From: Mustelus asterias
Lineage: Eukaryota
Length of the DNA stretch: 64,000 bases
Assembly: GCF_964213995.1 (NCBI RefSeq)
Contig: NC_135828.1
Span: forward strand, 30,628,001-30,692,000
Reading direction: 5' to 3'
The notes beneath the pieces were generated by a model. The model saw only the letters and a program-made list of their open reading frames with translations, had not been told where the DNA came from and ran no database searches. Position 1 is the stretch's first letter, and each line of letters starts with the position of its first letter. Shown one piece after another: positions 10,571-23,240 of this stretch. Made by a program: the position numbers and the translations under genes.

Positions 10571-13500
10571 ACAACAAAGAACAATACAGCACAGGAACAG
10601 GCCCTTCGGCCCTCCAAGCCCGCGCCGCTCCCCGGTCCAGGATTGAATCCTGAATCCAGGATCGCCGCCCAATTTTCCAGCCTATCTAGATCCTAGTATC
10701 CTATCCACCGAGCTGTCCCTCACAGCTACGATGCTTTGTTCATCACAACCTATTAACTCACCCCCACCCCCCCATTCCAGACCATGTGATCTCCAGGGAG
10801 AGGCGAAAACCCAGAGTGAAAACCCCAGGACCAATATGGGGGAAAGAAATCTGGGAAATTCCTCTCCGACCCCCTGTGGCGATCGAAACGAGTCCAGGAG
10901 ATCACACTGGCCCTGATCAGAAAATGCTTCCCAACCCTATTCATTTCCACTTCTGCTTTACGAACACCATCTGAGTTCCCTGCCCCCGAGACAGGTTCCC
11001 AACTTTCCGCAGTCTCGCTCTGTACTGGCACCAGCAAGATGATCATAGAATGAAGCCTTGAAACGAAAAACAAAGAACAATTAGCCCGCGCCGCTCCCTG
11101 GTCCAAACTAGACCACTCTTTTGTATCCCTCCATTCCCACTCCGTTCATATAGCTGTCTAGATAAGCCTTAAACGTTCCCAGTGTGTCCGCCTCCACCAC
11201 CTTGCCCGGCAACACATTCCAGGCCCCCACGACCCTCTGTGTAAAATATGTCCTTCTGATATCTGTGTTAAACCTCCCCCCTTCACCTTGAACCTATGAC
11301 CCCTCGTGAACGTCACCACCGACCCGGGGAAAAGCTTCCCACCGTTCACCCTATCTATGCCTTTCATAATTTTATACACCTCTATTAAGTCTCCCCTCAT
11401 CCTCCGTCTTTCCAAGGAGAACAACCCCAGTTTCCCCAATCTCTCCTCATAACCAAGCCCCTCCATACCAGGCAACATCCTGGTAAACCTCCTCTGTACT
11501 CTCTCTAAAGCCTCCACGGCCTTCTGGTAGTGTGGCGACCAGAACTGGACGCAGTATTCCAAATGCGGCCGAACCAACGTTCTATACATCTGCAACATCA
11601 GACCCCAACTTTTATACTCTATGCCCCGTCCTATAAAGGCAAGCATGCCATATGCCTTCTTCACCACATTCTCCTCCTGGGACGTCACCTTCAAAGATCT
11701 GTGGACTTGCACACCCAGGTCCCTCTGCGTCTCTACACCCTTTATGGTTCTTCCATTTATCGTGTAGCTCCTCCCTACATTATTCCCACCAAAATGCATC
11801 ACTTCGCATTTATCAGGATTGAACTCCATCTGCCATTTCTTTGCCCAAATTTCCAGCCTATCTATATCCTTCTGTAGCCTCTGACAATGTTCCTCACTAT
11901 CTGCAAGTCCTGCCAGTTTTGTGTCGTCCGCAAACTTACTGATCACCCCAGTTACTCCTTCTTCCAGATCATTTATATAAATCACAAACAGCAGAGGTCT
12001 CAATACAGAGCCCTGCGGAACACCACTAGTCACAGGCCTCCAGCCGGAAAAAGACCCTTCCACTACCACCCTCTGTCTTCTATGACCAAGCCAGTTCTCC
12101 ACCCATCTAGCCACCTCCCCCTTTATCCCATGAGATCCAACCTTTTTCACTAGCCTACCATGAGGGACTTTGTCAAACGCTTTACTAAAGTCCATATAGA
12201 CAACATCCACGGCCCTTCCTTCGTCAACCATTCTGGTCACTTCTTCAAAAAACACCACCAGGTTAGTGAGGCATGACTTCCCTCTCACAAAACCATGCTG
12301 ACTATCGTTAATGAGTTTATTCCTTTCTAAATGCGCATACATCCTATCTCTAAGAATCTTCTCCAACAACTTCCCCACCACGGACGTCAAGCTCACCGGC
12401 CTATAATTAACCGGGTTATCCTTCCTACCCTTCTTAAATAACGGGACCACATTAGCTATCCTCCAATCCTCTGGGACCTCACCTGCGTCCAGTGACGAGA
12501 CAAATATTTGCGTCAGAGGCCCAACGATTTCACCTCTCGTCTCCCTGAGCAGCCTTGGATACATTCCATCAGGCCCTGGGGATTTGTCAGTCTTTATATT
12601 CTCTAACAAACCTAACACTTCCTCCTTTGTAATGGAGATTTTCTCCAACGGTTCAACACTCCCCTCAGAGACACTCCCAGTCAACACATCCCTCTCCTTT
12701 GTGAATACCGACGCAAAGTATTCATTTAGGATCTCCCCTACTTCTTTGGGCGCCAAGCATAAGTCCCCACTTTTGTCCCTGAGAGGTCCAATTTTTTCCC
12801 TAACAACCCTTTTGTTCCTAACGTATGAATAAAATGCCTTGGGATTCTCCTTAATCCTGTCTGCCAAGAACATTTCGTGACCCCTTTTTGCTCTTCTAAT
12901 TCCCCATTTGAGTACTTTCCTACTTTCTTTGTACTCCTCCAGAGCTCCCTCCGTTTTTAGCTGCTTGGACCTAACATACGCCTCTCTTTTCTTTTTGACC
13001 AGTCCCTCAATTTCCCTGGTTATCCACTGTTCTCTAATCCTACCCTTCCTATCCTTCTTTTTTACAGGGACATGCTTGTCCTGTAGCCCCAACAACTGTT
13101 CCTTAAAAGACTGCCACATACCAGATGTGGATTTACCCTCAAACAGCCTCTCCCAATCAAGAGCTGCCAATTTCTGCCTGATCCCACTAAAGTTAGCCTT
13201 CCCCCAATCCAACACCTTACCCTTCTTGGGACACCACTCATCCTTTTCCATCACTATCCTAAAGCTAACAGAATTGTGGTCACTATTTGCCACATGTTCC
13301 CCTACCAAATCTTTGAAGACCTGACCGGGCTCATTCCCCAGTACCAGGTCCAGTATAGCCCCCTCTCTAGTCGGGCTGTCTACATATTGTTCCAACGAAC
13401 CCTCCTGTACACATTTTACAAATTCCTCCCCATCCAGAGTCCCTGCCCTCAGCGATTTCCAGTCTATACCAGGGAAATTGAAGTCTCCCACTACAACAAC

Positions 13501-14719
13501 CCTATTTTTCCTGCACCTATCCAGTATCTCCTGACTTATCCATTCTTCCACTTCCCTTGGGCTGTTGGGGGGCCTGTAGTACACCCCAACATAGTGACTG
13601 CGCCTTTCCTGTTTCTAAGCTCCACCCAGAGTGACTCGCTACACGACCCCTCTGAATTGTCCTCCCTCTGCACCGCTGTAATATGCTCTCCAACTAATAC
13701 CGCTACTCCCCCACCTCTTTTGGCCCCTCCTCTGTCTCGCCTAAAACACTTGTACCCTGGAATATTCAGCTGCCAGTCCTGTCCCTCTTTCAACCAAGTC
13801 TCTGTCACCGCAACCACATCCAAATTCCTCGTGCACATTAAGGCCCCAAGTTCGTCTGTCTTACCTGCTACGCTCCTTTCATTGAAGTATAAGCATTCCA
13901 GACCTCCAGGCCCAGTGAGGTCGTCCTCCCCCAGAGTGCTCTTCTTCTTTGCCAGCCTTGTCCCAGCCCCAAGTTCGTCCCCAGCCTCCACACTTGTAGA
14001 CCTAATATTTTGATCCCCACCCCCCTGCCATACTAGTTTAAAGCCCCCGAACTGCACTAGCAAAGCTCCCAGCCAGGATGTTTGTGCCCTTCCAACTTAG
14101 TTGTGACCCCTCCCTCTTGTACAGGTGCCATCCTCTCCTGAAAACTTCCCATTGATCTATGAAAATGAAGCCCTCCCTCCTGGACCAGTCCTTTAGCCAG
14201 GCATTCATTTGTACCAACTCCCTATTCTTAGCCTCACTGGCACGAGGCATTGGGAGCAGCCCAGAGATGGCCACCCTAGTGACCCTACTTTTTAACCTAT
14301 TTCCCAACTCCCTGAATTGCTCTCTTAGGATCCCCCTACTCTTCCTATCTACGTCATTTCCACCAATGTGTATAATGACATCCGTTTCTTTATCTTCCCC
14401 TTTTAATATGCCTCCTATCCGCTCGGAGACATCCGTGACCCCAGCACCAGGTAGGCAGACTACCATCCTGGAGTCCCGTTCGCACCCACAGAATCGCCTG
14501 TCTGTGCCTCTAACTGATGCATCCCCCACCACTATCGCTCTCCTAACCCCTCTCTTCCCTTTCCGGGCCACAGAGCCTGACTGTGTGCCAGTGACCTGGT
14601 CACTGTGTCTTACCACTGGAGAGGCACACTCCTCCACACTATCCAAAACAATATACCTGTTTTGGAGTGGGACAACCACAGATGACCCCTCTTCTAACTG
14701 TTCACTCCCCTCCCCTCTT
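10571..14719 (-). mobile_element. Near full-length CR1 LINE (partial ORF1 esterase; frameshifted APE-RT ORF2)
   Basis: 14038-14679 SGNH-esterase ORF1 (IVVGDASVRG). 13536-14063 plus 11158-13584 APE (VTETW, GDFN, SDH) and RT (KFADD). (TGTTCTT)n-type tail at 10571. Confidence 0.93.
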
Positions 14720-14845
14720 GCAACCTCTGCAAGACGTGTCGGATCATCAACACGGATGCCATCATCTCACGTGAGAACACCATCCACCAGGTACACAGAT
14801 CCTGTGCACATAGACCCTTTGTCTATGTGAGCACAACTCTTCACT

Positions 14846-14880
14846 CACCTGAGGAAGAAGCAACACTCCGAAAGCTTGTG
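14846..14880 (+). ncRNA. Minimal hammerhead motif (diverged) in PLE tail
   Basis: cac CTGAGGA agaagcaacactcc GAAA gcttgtg; stem II is imperfect. Confidence 0.55.
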
Positions 14881-14929
14881 CTACTAAATAAACCTGTTGG
14901 ACTTTAACGTGGTGTTGTGAGACTTCTTT

Positions 14930-17060
14930 CAATCATTTGAGTCCCAGGACACTACTGCACGACTTCTTCGGGTAAGTGTCCCAAGCCCAACCATGATCAA
15001 TGATCTCCCTTCCATCATAACGTCAGAAGTAGGGATGTTCACAGATGATTGCACAATGTTCAACACCATTCGCGGCTGCTTAGATACTGAAGCAGTCGCT
15101 GTCCAGATGTAGCAAGACCTGGACCATACCCAGGCTTAGATTGAAAGGTGGGAACCAACATTCATGCCAGAAAAGTGCCAGGCAATGATCATCTCTAACA
15201 AGCGTACCAGAGGACAGGAAATTAGTTAATGTAACACCGCTTTTCAGAAGGGAGGGAGGCAGCAGACGGACAATTATAGGCACGTAAGCCTGACTTCGAT
15301 CACTGGCAAGATTTTAGTGTCCATTATTAAAGATGAGATCGCAGAGTAGTTGGAATTGCATGATAAAGTAGGGCTAAGTCAGCACGACTTTGTCATGGGA
15401 AGGTCATGCCTGACAAATCTGTTCGAGTTCTTTGAGGAGGTAACAAGAAACTTAGATTAAGGAGCACCAGTGGACGTGATTTTTTTAGATTTCCAGAAGA
15501 CCTTTGACAAGGTTCCGCCCAGCAGACTCTTAAATAACTTAAGTGCGCTTGGTGTTAAGGGTTCGATCCTGGCATTGATAGAGGATTGGCTGACTGGCAG
15601 AACAAACAACAAACAAAGAACAAAGAAAAAAGAACAATACAGCACAGGAACAGGCCCTTCAGCCCTCCAAGCCCGTGCCGCTCCCTGTTCCAAACTAGAC
15701 CATTCTTTTGTATCCCTCCATTCCCACTCCGTTCATGTGGCTATCTAGATAAGTCTTAAACGTTCCCAGTGTGTCCGCCTCCACCACCTTGCCTGGCAGC
15801 GCATTCCAGGCCCCCACCACCCTCTGTGTAAAATATGTCCTTCTGATATCCGTGTTACCTCCCCCCCTTCACCTTGAACCTCTGACCCCCTCCTGAACGT
15901 CACCACCGACCTGGGGAAAAGCTTCCCACAGTTCACCCTATCTATGCCTTTCATAATTTTATACACCTCTATTAAGTCTCCCCTCATCCTCCGTCTTTAC
16001 AGGGAGAAGGCAGAGAGTGGGGATAATGGTGCCCTTCTCAGGCTGGCAGCCGGTGACTAATGGTCTGCCTCATTGGTCAGTACTGGGGCCATAACTTTTC
16101 ACAATATACATTAACGATTTGGAGGAAGGAAGTGAAGGCACTGTTGCTAAGTTTGCAGATGATACAAAGATATGCCAAGGGACAGGTAATATTGAGGAAG
16201 CAGGGGGGCTGCAAAATGACATGGACAGGTTAGGAGAGTGAGCAAAGAAGTGGCAGATGGAATGCAATGTGGAAAAGTTATGCACTTTCGAAGGAGGAAT
16301 GGAGACATAGACTATTTTCTAAATGGGGAAATGCTTAGTAAATAAGAAAGACAAAGGGACTTGGGAGACATTGTTCAAGATTCTCTAAAGGTTAGCACGC
16401 AGATTCAGTCGGCAGTTAGGAAGGCAAATGCAATGTTCGCATTCATGTCGAGAGGGCTGGAATACAAGAACAGGGATGTACTTCTGAGGCTGTACTAGGC
16501 TCTGGTCAGACCCCATTTGGGGTATCGTGAGCAGCCTTGGTCTCCATATCTAAGGAAGGATGTGCTGGCCTTGGAAAGGGTCCAGAGGAGGTTCACAAGA
16601 ATGATCCCTGGAATGAAGAGCTTGTCATATGAGGAACGGTTGAGGATTCTGGGTCTGCACTCCTTGGAGTTTAGAAGGATGAGGGGTGTCTTATTGAAAC
16701 TTATAGGATACTCAGAGGTCTGGATAAAGTGAACGTTGAGAGGATGTTTCCACTGATAGGATAAAATTAGAACCAAAGGGCACAATCTCAGGCTAAAGGG
16801 ACGATCCTTTATATCAGCGATGAGGAGGAATTCATTCAGCCAGAAAGTGGTGACTCTGTTGAACTCTTTGCCGTAGAAGGCCGTGGAGGCGAAATCATTG
16901 AGTGCCTTTAAGACAGAGATAGATAGTTTCTTGATTAATAAGTGGGACAGGGGTTATGGGGAAAATGGGAATGAGAAAAATATCAGCCATGATTGAATGG
17001 CGGAGCAGACTCAATGGGCCGAGTGGCCTAATTCTGCACCTATCTCTTATGGTCTTATGA
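14930..17060 (+). mobile_element. Old LINE RT fragments (14930-15200; CR1 15210-17060) with a younger minus-strand CR1 3' end inserted at 15601-16007
   Basis: Degenerate RT motifs (DFQKTFDKVP, aagtttgcagatgat = KFADD, LERVQRRFTRMIPG); ORF 15745-15987 is an antisense CR1 C-terminus. Confidence 0.8.
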
Positions 17061-18070
17061 TGTTATGGAGGCGTGAAACGAAGACCACTATCTGCATGTC
17101 ACCGACTCGAGAGGAGTCTGCCACTACCCACGGTAAGTGTTATAATTCGGGCAGGAAGTGCAGCTAATCAAGATGAGGAAGATCTGGTGTGACCGGTGAA
17201 ACAGAATCCAGCAGGACATCCATGAAATTGCATTTTGTTTCTGGGAGACCCCTACTGGAATTGTACTCGTAAAGTTGACCAACCGAGTTTTGAAGTACCC
17301 CCGAGTTAGAAACGACTTGTACAATTAACTCATCAGGGTATCAGGAAGGTGTATTGTAATGCCCGTACAGCTGTTGGAAAATGCAATGCTTTATATTGGT
17401 AACCAGGCAGCCTCCATGCCCATAAAAAAACAAAGGCCAATCGTGAGCCATTTCGTCTAACGAACAAATCGTCAATTAAACGACAACTATTGGTTCCTGT
17501 GAAGCCTACTAAATCGATGCATTTTTGCGGAGTATCTTGGACCACTTTTCCCTTTATGAAGGCATAGACATATTCTCGTTTGTGTAGAGGTTACATGGCC
17601 CTTCTGCCGACATGAATCCAAGGAACCTGTTCCAGAAACCACACTTGACGACACCATTATTGACATTTTTACTGTCGCTGGTCCTGCACTCCGACCTGGG
17701 TAGAGACTTTTAATTTGAATCGACCGTATTCTCTTCTCCAGAATAGAGAAAATTATATTGTGTTTTTAATGGCAATGTTGGGTAGATTCTTGACGAACAA
17801 AGTGTGTTATTGGGGTTAAGCAAGAAATGTAGCTGAGTCCACGATGACATAATCAACCACCGTATCAAATGGCAGAGCAGGCTCGAGGACCCGAATGGCC
17901 GAAATCCGGTGCAAATTCGTACCTTAGTAACGCCCGAATTCAACAGTGGAAAGAGAACCTCTTCATATAACATCAGGAGAAAGAAAGAGATAGGAAGCAC
18001 TCAATCTGTGTTTGCATATATAATGAAATGCATTCGAAACAGTTACATAAAAAAAGGAGCTGCTTATAAC

Positions 18071-20277
18071 AGGGTTGAAGTTCTGAACTGGAAAAAGGCC
18101 AAATTTGATGAAATGAGAAGGGATCTGGGAAGTGTGGATTGGCACAGGCTGTTCTCTGGTAAGGATGTAAATGAAAAGTGGGAGGCCTTCAAAGGAGAAA
18201 TTTTGAGAGTGCAGAGTTTGTATGTTCCAGTCAGGATTAAAGGCAAAGTAAATAGGAATAAGGAACCTTGGTTCTCGAGGGAGATTGTAACACTGATTAA
18301 GAGGAAGAGAGAGTTGTATGAAATGTACAGGCAGCAAGGAACACATCAGATGCTCGAGGAGTATAAAAAGTGCAAGAAGCTACTTAAGAGGGAAATCAGG
18401 AGGGCTAAAAGAAGACATGAGGTTGCTTTGGCAGACAGAGTGAAGGAAAATCCAAAGAGCTTCTATAGGTATGTTAGGAGCAAAAGGATAGTGAGGGATA
18501 AAATTGGTCCTCTTGAAGACCAGAGTGGTACACTGTGTATGGAACCAAAAGAGATGGGGGAGATACTAAATGGTTTTTTTGCATCCGTATTTACTGAGGA
18601 AACGGGCATGGAGTCTACGGAAATAGGGCAAACTGGTAGGGAGGCCATGGAACCTTTACAGATTAAAGGGGAGGAGGTGCTCGCTGTCTTGAGGCAAATC
18701 AGAGTGGATAAATCCCCAGGACCGGACAGGGTATTCCCATGGACCTTGAGGGAAGCTAGTGTTGAACTTGCAGGGGCCCTGGCAGACATATTTAAAATGT
18801 CAGTATTCACGGGGGAGGTGCCAGATGATTGGAGGGTGGCTCATGTTGTTCCGTTGTTTAAAAAAGGTTCCAAAAGAAATCCGGGAAATTATCGGCCAGT
18901 AAGTTTGACGTCGGCGGTGGGCAAGTTATTGGAAGGTGTGATACGGGATAGGATCTACAAATATTTGGATAGGCAGGGACTTATTAGGGAGAGTCAACAT
19001 GGCTTTGTGCGTGGTAGGTCATGTTTGACCAATCTATTAGAGTTTTTCGAGGAGGTTACCAGGAAAGAGGATGAAGGGAAGGCGGTGGATGTTGTCTACC
19101 TGGATTTCAGCAAGGCCTTTGACAAGGTCCCTCATGGGAGGTTAGTTAGGAAGGTTCAGTCGCTAGGTATACATGGGGAGGTAGTAAATTGGATAAGACA
19201 CTGGCTCAATGGAAGAAGCCAGAGAGTGGTTGTGGAGGATTGCTTCTCTGAGTGGAGGCCTGTGACTAGTGGTGTGCCGCAGGGATCAGTGTCGGGTCCA
19301 TTGTTGTTTGTCATCTATATCAATGATCTGGATGATAATGTGGTAAATTGGATCAGCAAGTTTGCTGATGATACAAAGATTGGAGGTGTAGTGGACAGTG
19401 AGGAAGGTTTTCTAAGCTTGCAGAGGGATTTGGACCAACTAGAAAAATGGGCTGAAAAATGGCAAATGGAATTTAACGCGGACAAGTGTGAGATATTGCA
19501 CTTTGGAAGGACAAATCAAAGTAGAACGTACAGGGTAAATGGTAGGACTCTGAAGAGTGCAGTTGAACAGAGAGATCTGGGAATACAGGTACAAAATTCC
19601 CTGAAAGTGACGTCACAGGTGGATAGGGTCGTAAAGAGTCCCTTTGGTACATTGGCCTTTATAAATCGCAGTATCGAGTATAAAAGTTGGAGTGTTATGG
19701 TAAGGTTATATAAGGCATTGGTGAGGCCGAATTTGGAGTATTGTGTACAGTTTTGGTCACCTAGTTACAGGAAGGATGTAAATAAGAATGAAAGAGTGCA
19801 GAGAAGGTTCACAAGGATGTTGCCGTGACTTGAGAAGCTGAGTTACAGAGAAAGATTGAATAGGTTGGGACTTTATTCCCTGGAGCGTAGAAGATTGAGG
19901 GGAGATTTGATAGAGGTGTATAAGATTTTGATGGGTATAGATAGAGTGAATGCAAGCAGGCTTTTTCCGCTGAGGCTAGGGGAGAAAAAAACCAGAGGGC
20001 ATGGGTTAAGGGTGAAAGGAGAAAAGTTTAAAGGGAATATTAGGGGGGGGGGGCTTCTTCACGCAGAGAGTGGTGAGAGTGTGGAATGAGCTGCCAGATA
20101 AAGTTAAATGTTAAAGTTTAACATTTAAGAAAAACTTGGACGGGTTCATGGATGAGAGGGGTGTGGAGGGATATGGTCCAAGTGCAGGTCAGTGGGACTA
20201 GGCATAAAATGGTTCGGCACAGACAAGAAGGGCCAAAAGGCCTGTTTCTGAGCTGTAATTTTCTATGGTTCTATGGT
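18071..20277 (+). mobile_element. 5'-truncated CR1 LINE
   Basis: ORF 17909-19828 carries the full RT domain (KSPGPD, NYRPVSL, GVPQGS, KFADD) with a premature TGA at 19826. Tail ttctatgg repeats at ~20260-20277. Confidence 0.93.
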
Positions 20278-21619
20278 AACAGTACGTGGAGTTCGTTGAT
20301 AAAAAATATTATGCCAGGACACAGTGCCGCAGGTTGCAGTGAGCTACAGCCCCCGCTAGTGGAAACAACGAACACGTACACTTCTGCACCAAGCCGATGT
20401 TCCTGCTCAACAAGTCACTTCCCAAAATGTAAGCTGGGCTGATTGAGAGTAATTTTTTTTGTTATGTGCAGATGTGCATTAACTTCACAGATGTATACAC
20501 AGCGAGTACACAGTACATGTAAAACAATGGGCGAAAAGTGGTCAAGTTACCCACAGTCAGAAACCATGTGACAGAAGCCACTCTATAAATGTTTATGTGG
20601 ATTTCTGAAAACAGTGAGCAAACGGTTTTTAAACACATCCTCTATCCGTGTCAGGAAGCAGGTGTTCCAGGGTGAACGCATCTGCAGAGCCGCTCCAGCC
20701 TTGCACTGACAGAAAATCTAAGCGTTCTCAGAGGAAATATTTTCATTGTGTATGTGGGTTTGGACGCTGTACTTCTTCCGTCGTTATAGAAAAACTCAGC
20801 AGAATGTTGTGGGATGATGCATTTCAGTGACGTCCAGAGATTGGAGAAGGTAACTGTCTGAAAGTAGCGAGTGTGAGTGAAAGACAGAATATAGACAAGC
20901 ATTAATAAATTACAGTATTAAACGAGGATCTGTCCTTGGATCTGTGAATACTAATTGCATTATTTAAAAATATATAGGTGTTGATGGAGATAAGTAGATT
21001 TAGGTTAAGTGAACATAGAGACGTATATCTAGATAAATATTTTTTTAAAAGTCAGGGAGAGATCGGCGGAGAAATGCCGAGACAGAGAGAGGAGGCTATA
21101 GAGAAAAAAAGGTAGACAGATAGCTACCGGTCGACGGAGAGGCAGAGAGAGAAACTACTGACTTTATATGTTGAAATATGGATATAGAGCGAATGATACC
21201 GTTAGAATCAAAACAGCACCGGTATGAGGAGAGATACTTGGCGAGAGAGGTTGGTGGATGCATGGCCGGATGACAAAAAGACGGGCAACTGAAATACAAA
21301 GGCATATGACGATTCTTAGCACTCCCTCGCTCGCACAAATTTTCTCAATTTCAAGATTCAGGCAAATTTCACCCATTATCTTCCTTATTTGTCGATTCGA
21401 AAATTCTCGTTCTTTCTTCTTCGTGTCCGGCCAGCTCGGCCAGGCTGGAATGCTCACTCCCAAATCTGCTTCAGGTTTACACAGTTTCCAGCCAAGGGGG
21501 GTCGGGGGGCCGGCACCACCGTTTATTGTTCGACTCGAATTACCGTCTTTGTCCGTATGTCTATCTGTTTGGCTATGGAGAGATTATAACCCGTGTGGCG
21601 CTCATGTCTCAGGCGGTGG

Positions 21620-21658
21620 TGTTTCTGTAGCACTCTTCAGCCCGAATGTATCACTGTG
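21620..21658 (-). other. 23-bp-spacer recombination signal sequence of V segment 1
   Basis: CACAGTG (21658-21652), exactly 23 nt, then ACAGAAACA (21628-21620). Confidence 0.93.
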
Positions 21659-23032
21659 CATCACTGGAGGAACAGAAATACTGAGCCTGATCGTTCAGCT
21701 GCAAGTCCTCGATCTTCAGATCGAAGGAGCCCTCTGAAGTCTTCTGCGCCCTAAACCGCTCCGGGATCCCGTCTGACCTGATCGGCTTACCTTCCCGCAC
21801 TGCATACAAGAGGTCCTGGAGTCCCAGGCCCGGGAACTGACGGTACCAGTACATGTAAATATCAGTACCGCCCTGGTTGCACGGGATAGTCACATTCGCT
21901 CCCTTTCTCACCGAGACAGTTTCCAGGGACTGCACGATATTCTGAGACTCTCCAAGTCCTGGAATAAAATGAATACAGGAATCATCAATAAGACAAACTC
22001 TTTGCATTAGACATTCCTCCTTCGATGTCCCATTTCTATCACATTATTGCAATTGAACACCATGGTTTGTCTCCTACAATCCAGTGGAGACTGTGGGCAG
22101 GGTTGTCTGTGGAGATTGACGGAAATCATTGTCTAGTAGAGTCCATGGCTCATATCTGGCAGCATGTCGCGATGTCCAATTAAATAAATCCAGGCTTGGA
22201 CGAACGCAAGGCTAAACGTTAACCAATCAGAGGGTTATGTAGGGGCAATAATGGTTTGCAACAAAGGCTCTTCAATGGTGGAACAATACAGACGGCACCA
22301 TGATCTGGTTGAATCCTGGAATAGACTGAGGGCGTTGCGTGCCTTTATGTCCCTGTGTTGAGAATTGGCAAATTATATCTACTGTCGTCGGGAAAATCCA
22401 AAATAAAAGTAGTATAGACATAGAAACCCTACAGTGCAGAAGGAGGCCATTCGGCCCATCGAGTCTGCACCGACCACAATCCCACCCAGGCCCTACCCCA
22501 CATATTTACCCACTAATCCCTCTAACCTACGCATCTCAGGACTCTAAGGGGCAATTTTTAACCTGGCCAATCAACCTAACCCGCACATCTTTGGACATGC
22601 CGGTGATATCTATAGTTAGATGGGCTCCAGTTGATTATTGAGCTCCCATTCTAATTTGCGCTGGCACCCGAAAGTGTACTCAGTCAGTCAACCTGTCTGG
22701 GACATTTTCCTGCAGAAGCTACCCAATAAAAGATCTCTTTTCATTATCAATGGATATGCACCAAATAAGTGTTTAACAATCCACTTGCTGGTTTTGTTGT
22801 ATTTCGTGAAATCATCCGTTCATTCCTTACTTCCTCCGTTCCCTCAATCTCTATTTTCTTCTCTCACTTAAACCTCCTTTTTAGATTTCATGCGTACACT
22901 CCTTATTAAATATTTGGCATTTGGAATTGATCGTTCCTTTGCGGCCCACTCCTGAATTGACACCGGTCTCACTTTTGACTTACCCACCAATTGGAACACG
23001 ATCGATGCACGGAGCAAGAGTAGAGACCGCAT
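21659..23032 (-). CDS. T-cell receptor V gene segment (V-beta-like), apparently intact: leader exon 22984-23032, V exon 21659-21958
   Basis: Leader MRSLLLLRASIVFQLV-G then gtaagt; acceptor ttttattccag. The phase-1 join gives GLGESQNIVQ...VTIPCNQGGTDIYMYWYRQFPG...ERFRAQKTSEGSFDLKIEDLQLNDQAQYFCSSS with conserved C, W and D-x-A-x-Y-x-C, followed by a 23-RSS. Beta assignment is from motif resemblance. Confidence 0.9.
22419..22597 (-). mobile_element. HE1 SINE 3' fragment inside the leader intron of V segment 1
   Basis: Closely matches 33194-33375 (ccctacagtgcagaag...ccattcggcccatcgagtctgcaccga). Confidence 0.85.
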
Positions 23033-23124
23033 GGTCCTGGACAGAGATTCCGAAAACAGAGACCGAACGCTTTTTTCTATTTCCAGAGACAACACATGTG
23101 CATAAGTCGTTTTGCAAGTTCTGA

Positions 23125-23240
23125 GAAAATGACGGATATAAGCAAGGGGAATCCTTTAACAGGTCCCGCCCCATCCTTTCGGATTGCCAGCCCCATCCTC
23201 CTCCACAATTCCAATTCCGCCCACCATTTCCTGATTGGCA
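23125..23240 (-). promoter_or_regulatory. Candidate promoter of V segment 1
   Basis: 100-210 bp upstream of the ATG: CCAAT (23238-23234), GC box GGGGCGGG (23172-23165), half-CRE TGACG (23130-23134). Motif-based only. Confidence 0.35.

Larger units (their letters stand above)
9393..14928 (+). mobile_element. Second Penelope-like element (9393-10570 and 14720-14928), split by a CR1
   Basis: ORFs 9332-9589 and 9805-10398 are PLE RT, same family as 2699-5851. Sequence breaks at atcctgccac and resumes at gcaacctctgcaagacg. Tail with HHR motif at 14846-14880. Confidence 0.88.

Noticed and set aside
11530-14830. Many antisense ORFs over LINEs and PLEs (e.g. 13276-14013, 14159-14830)
   Set aside because: Shadow frames of TE coding sequence, recurring over each copy.
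17310-17545. Plus-strand frame with C...LYW*...MHFCGVSW, V-like spacing
   Set aside because: W-to-C distance too short, no D-x-A/S motif, no RSS or splice acceptor, and opposite strand to the real V segments; probably chance.
22070-22130. Nearer candidate leader for V1 (MISVNLHRQPCPQSPLD then gtagga)
   Set aside because: Not hydrophobic; 22984-23032 has a proper signal peptide, a consensus donor and the right phase.
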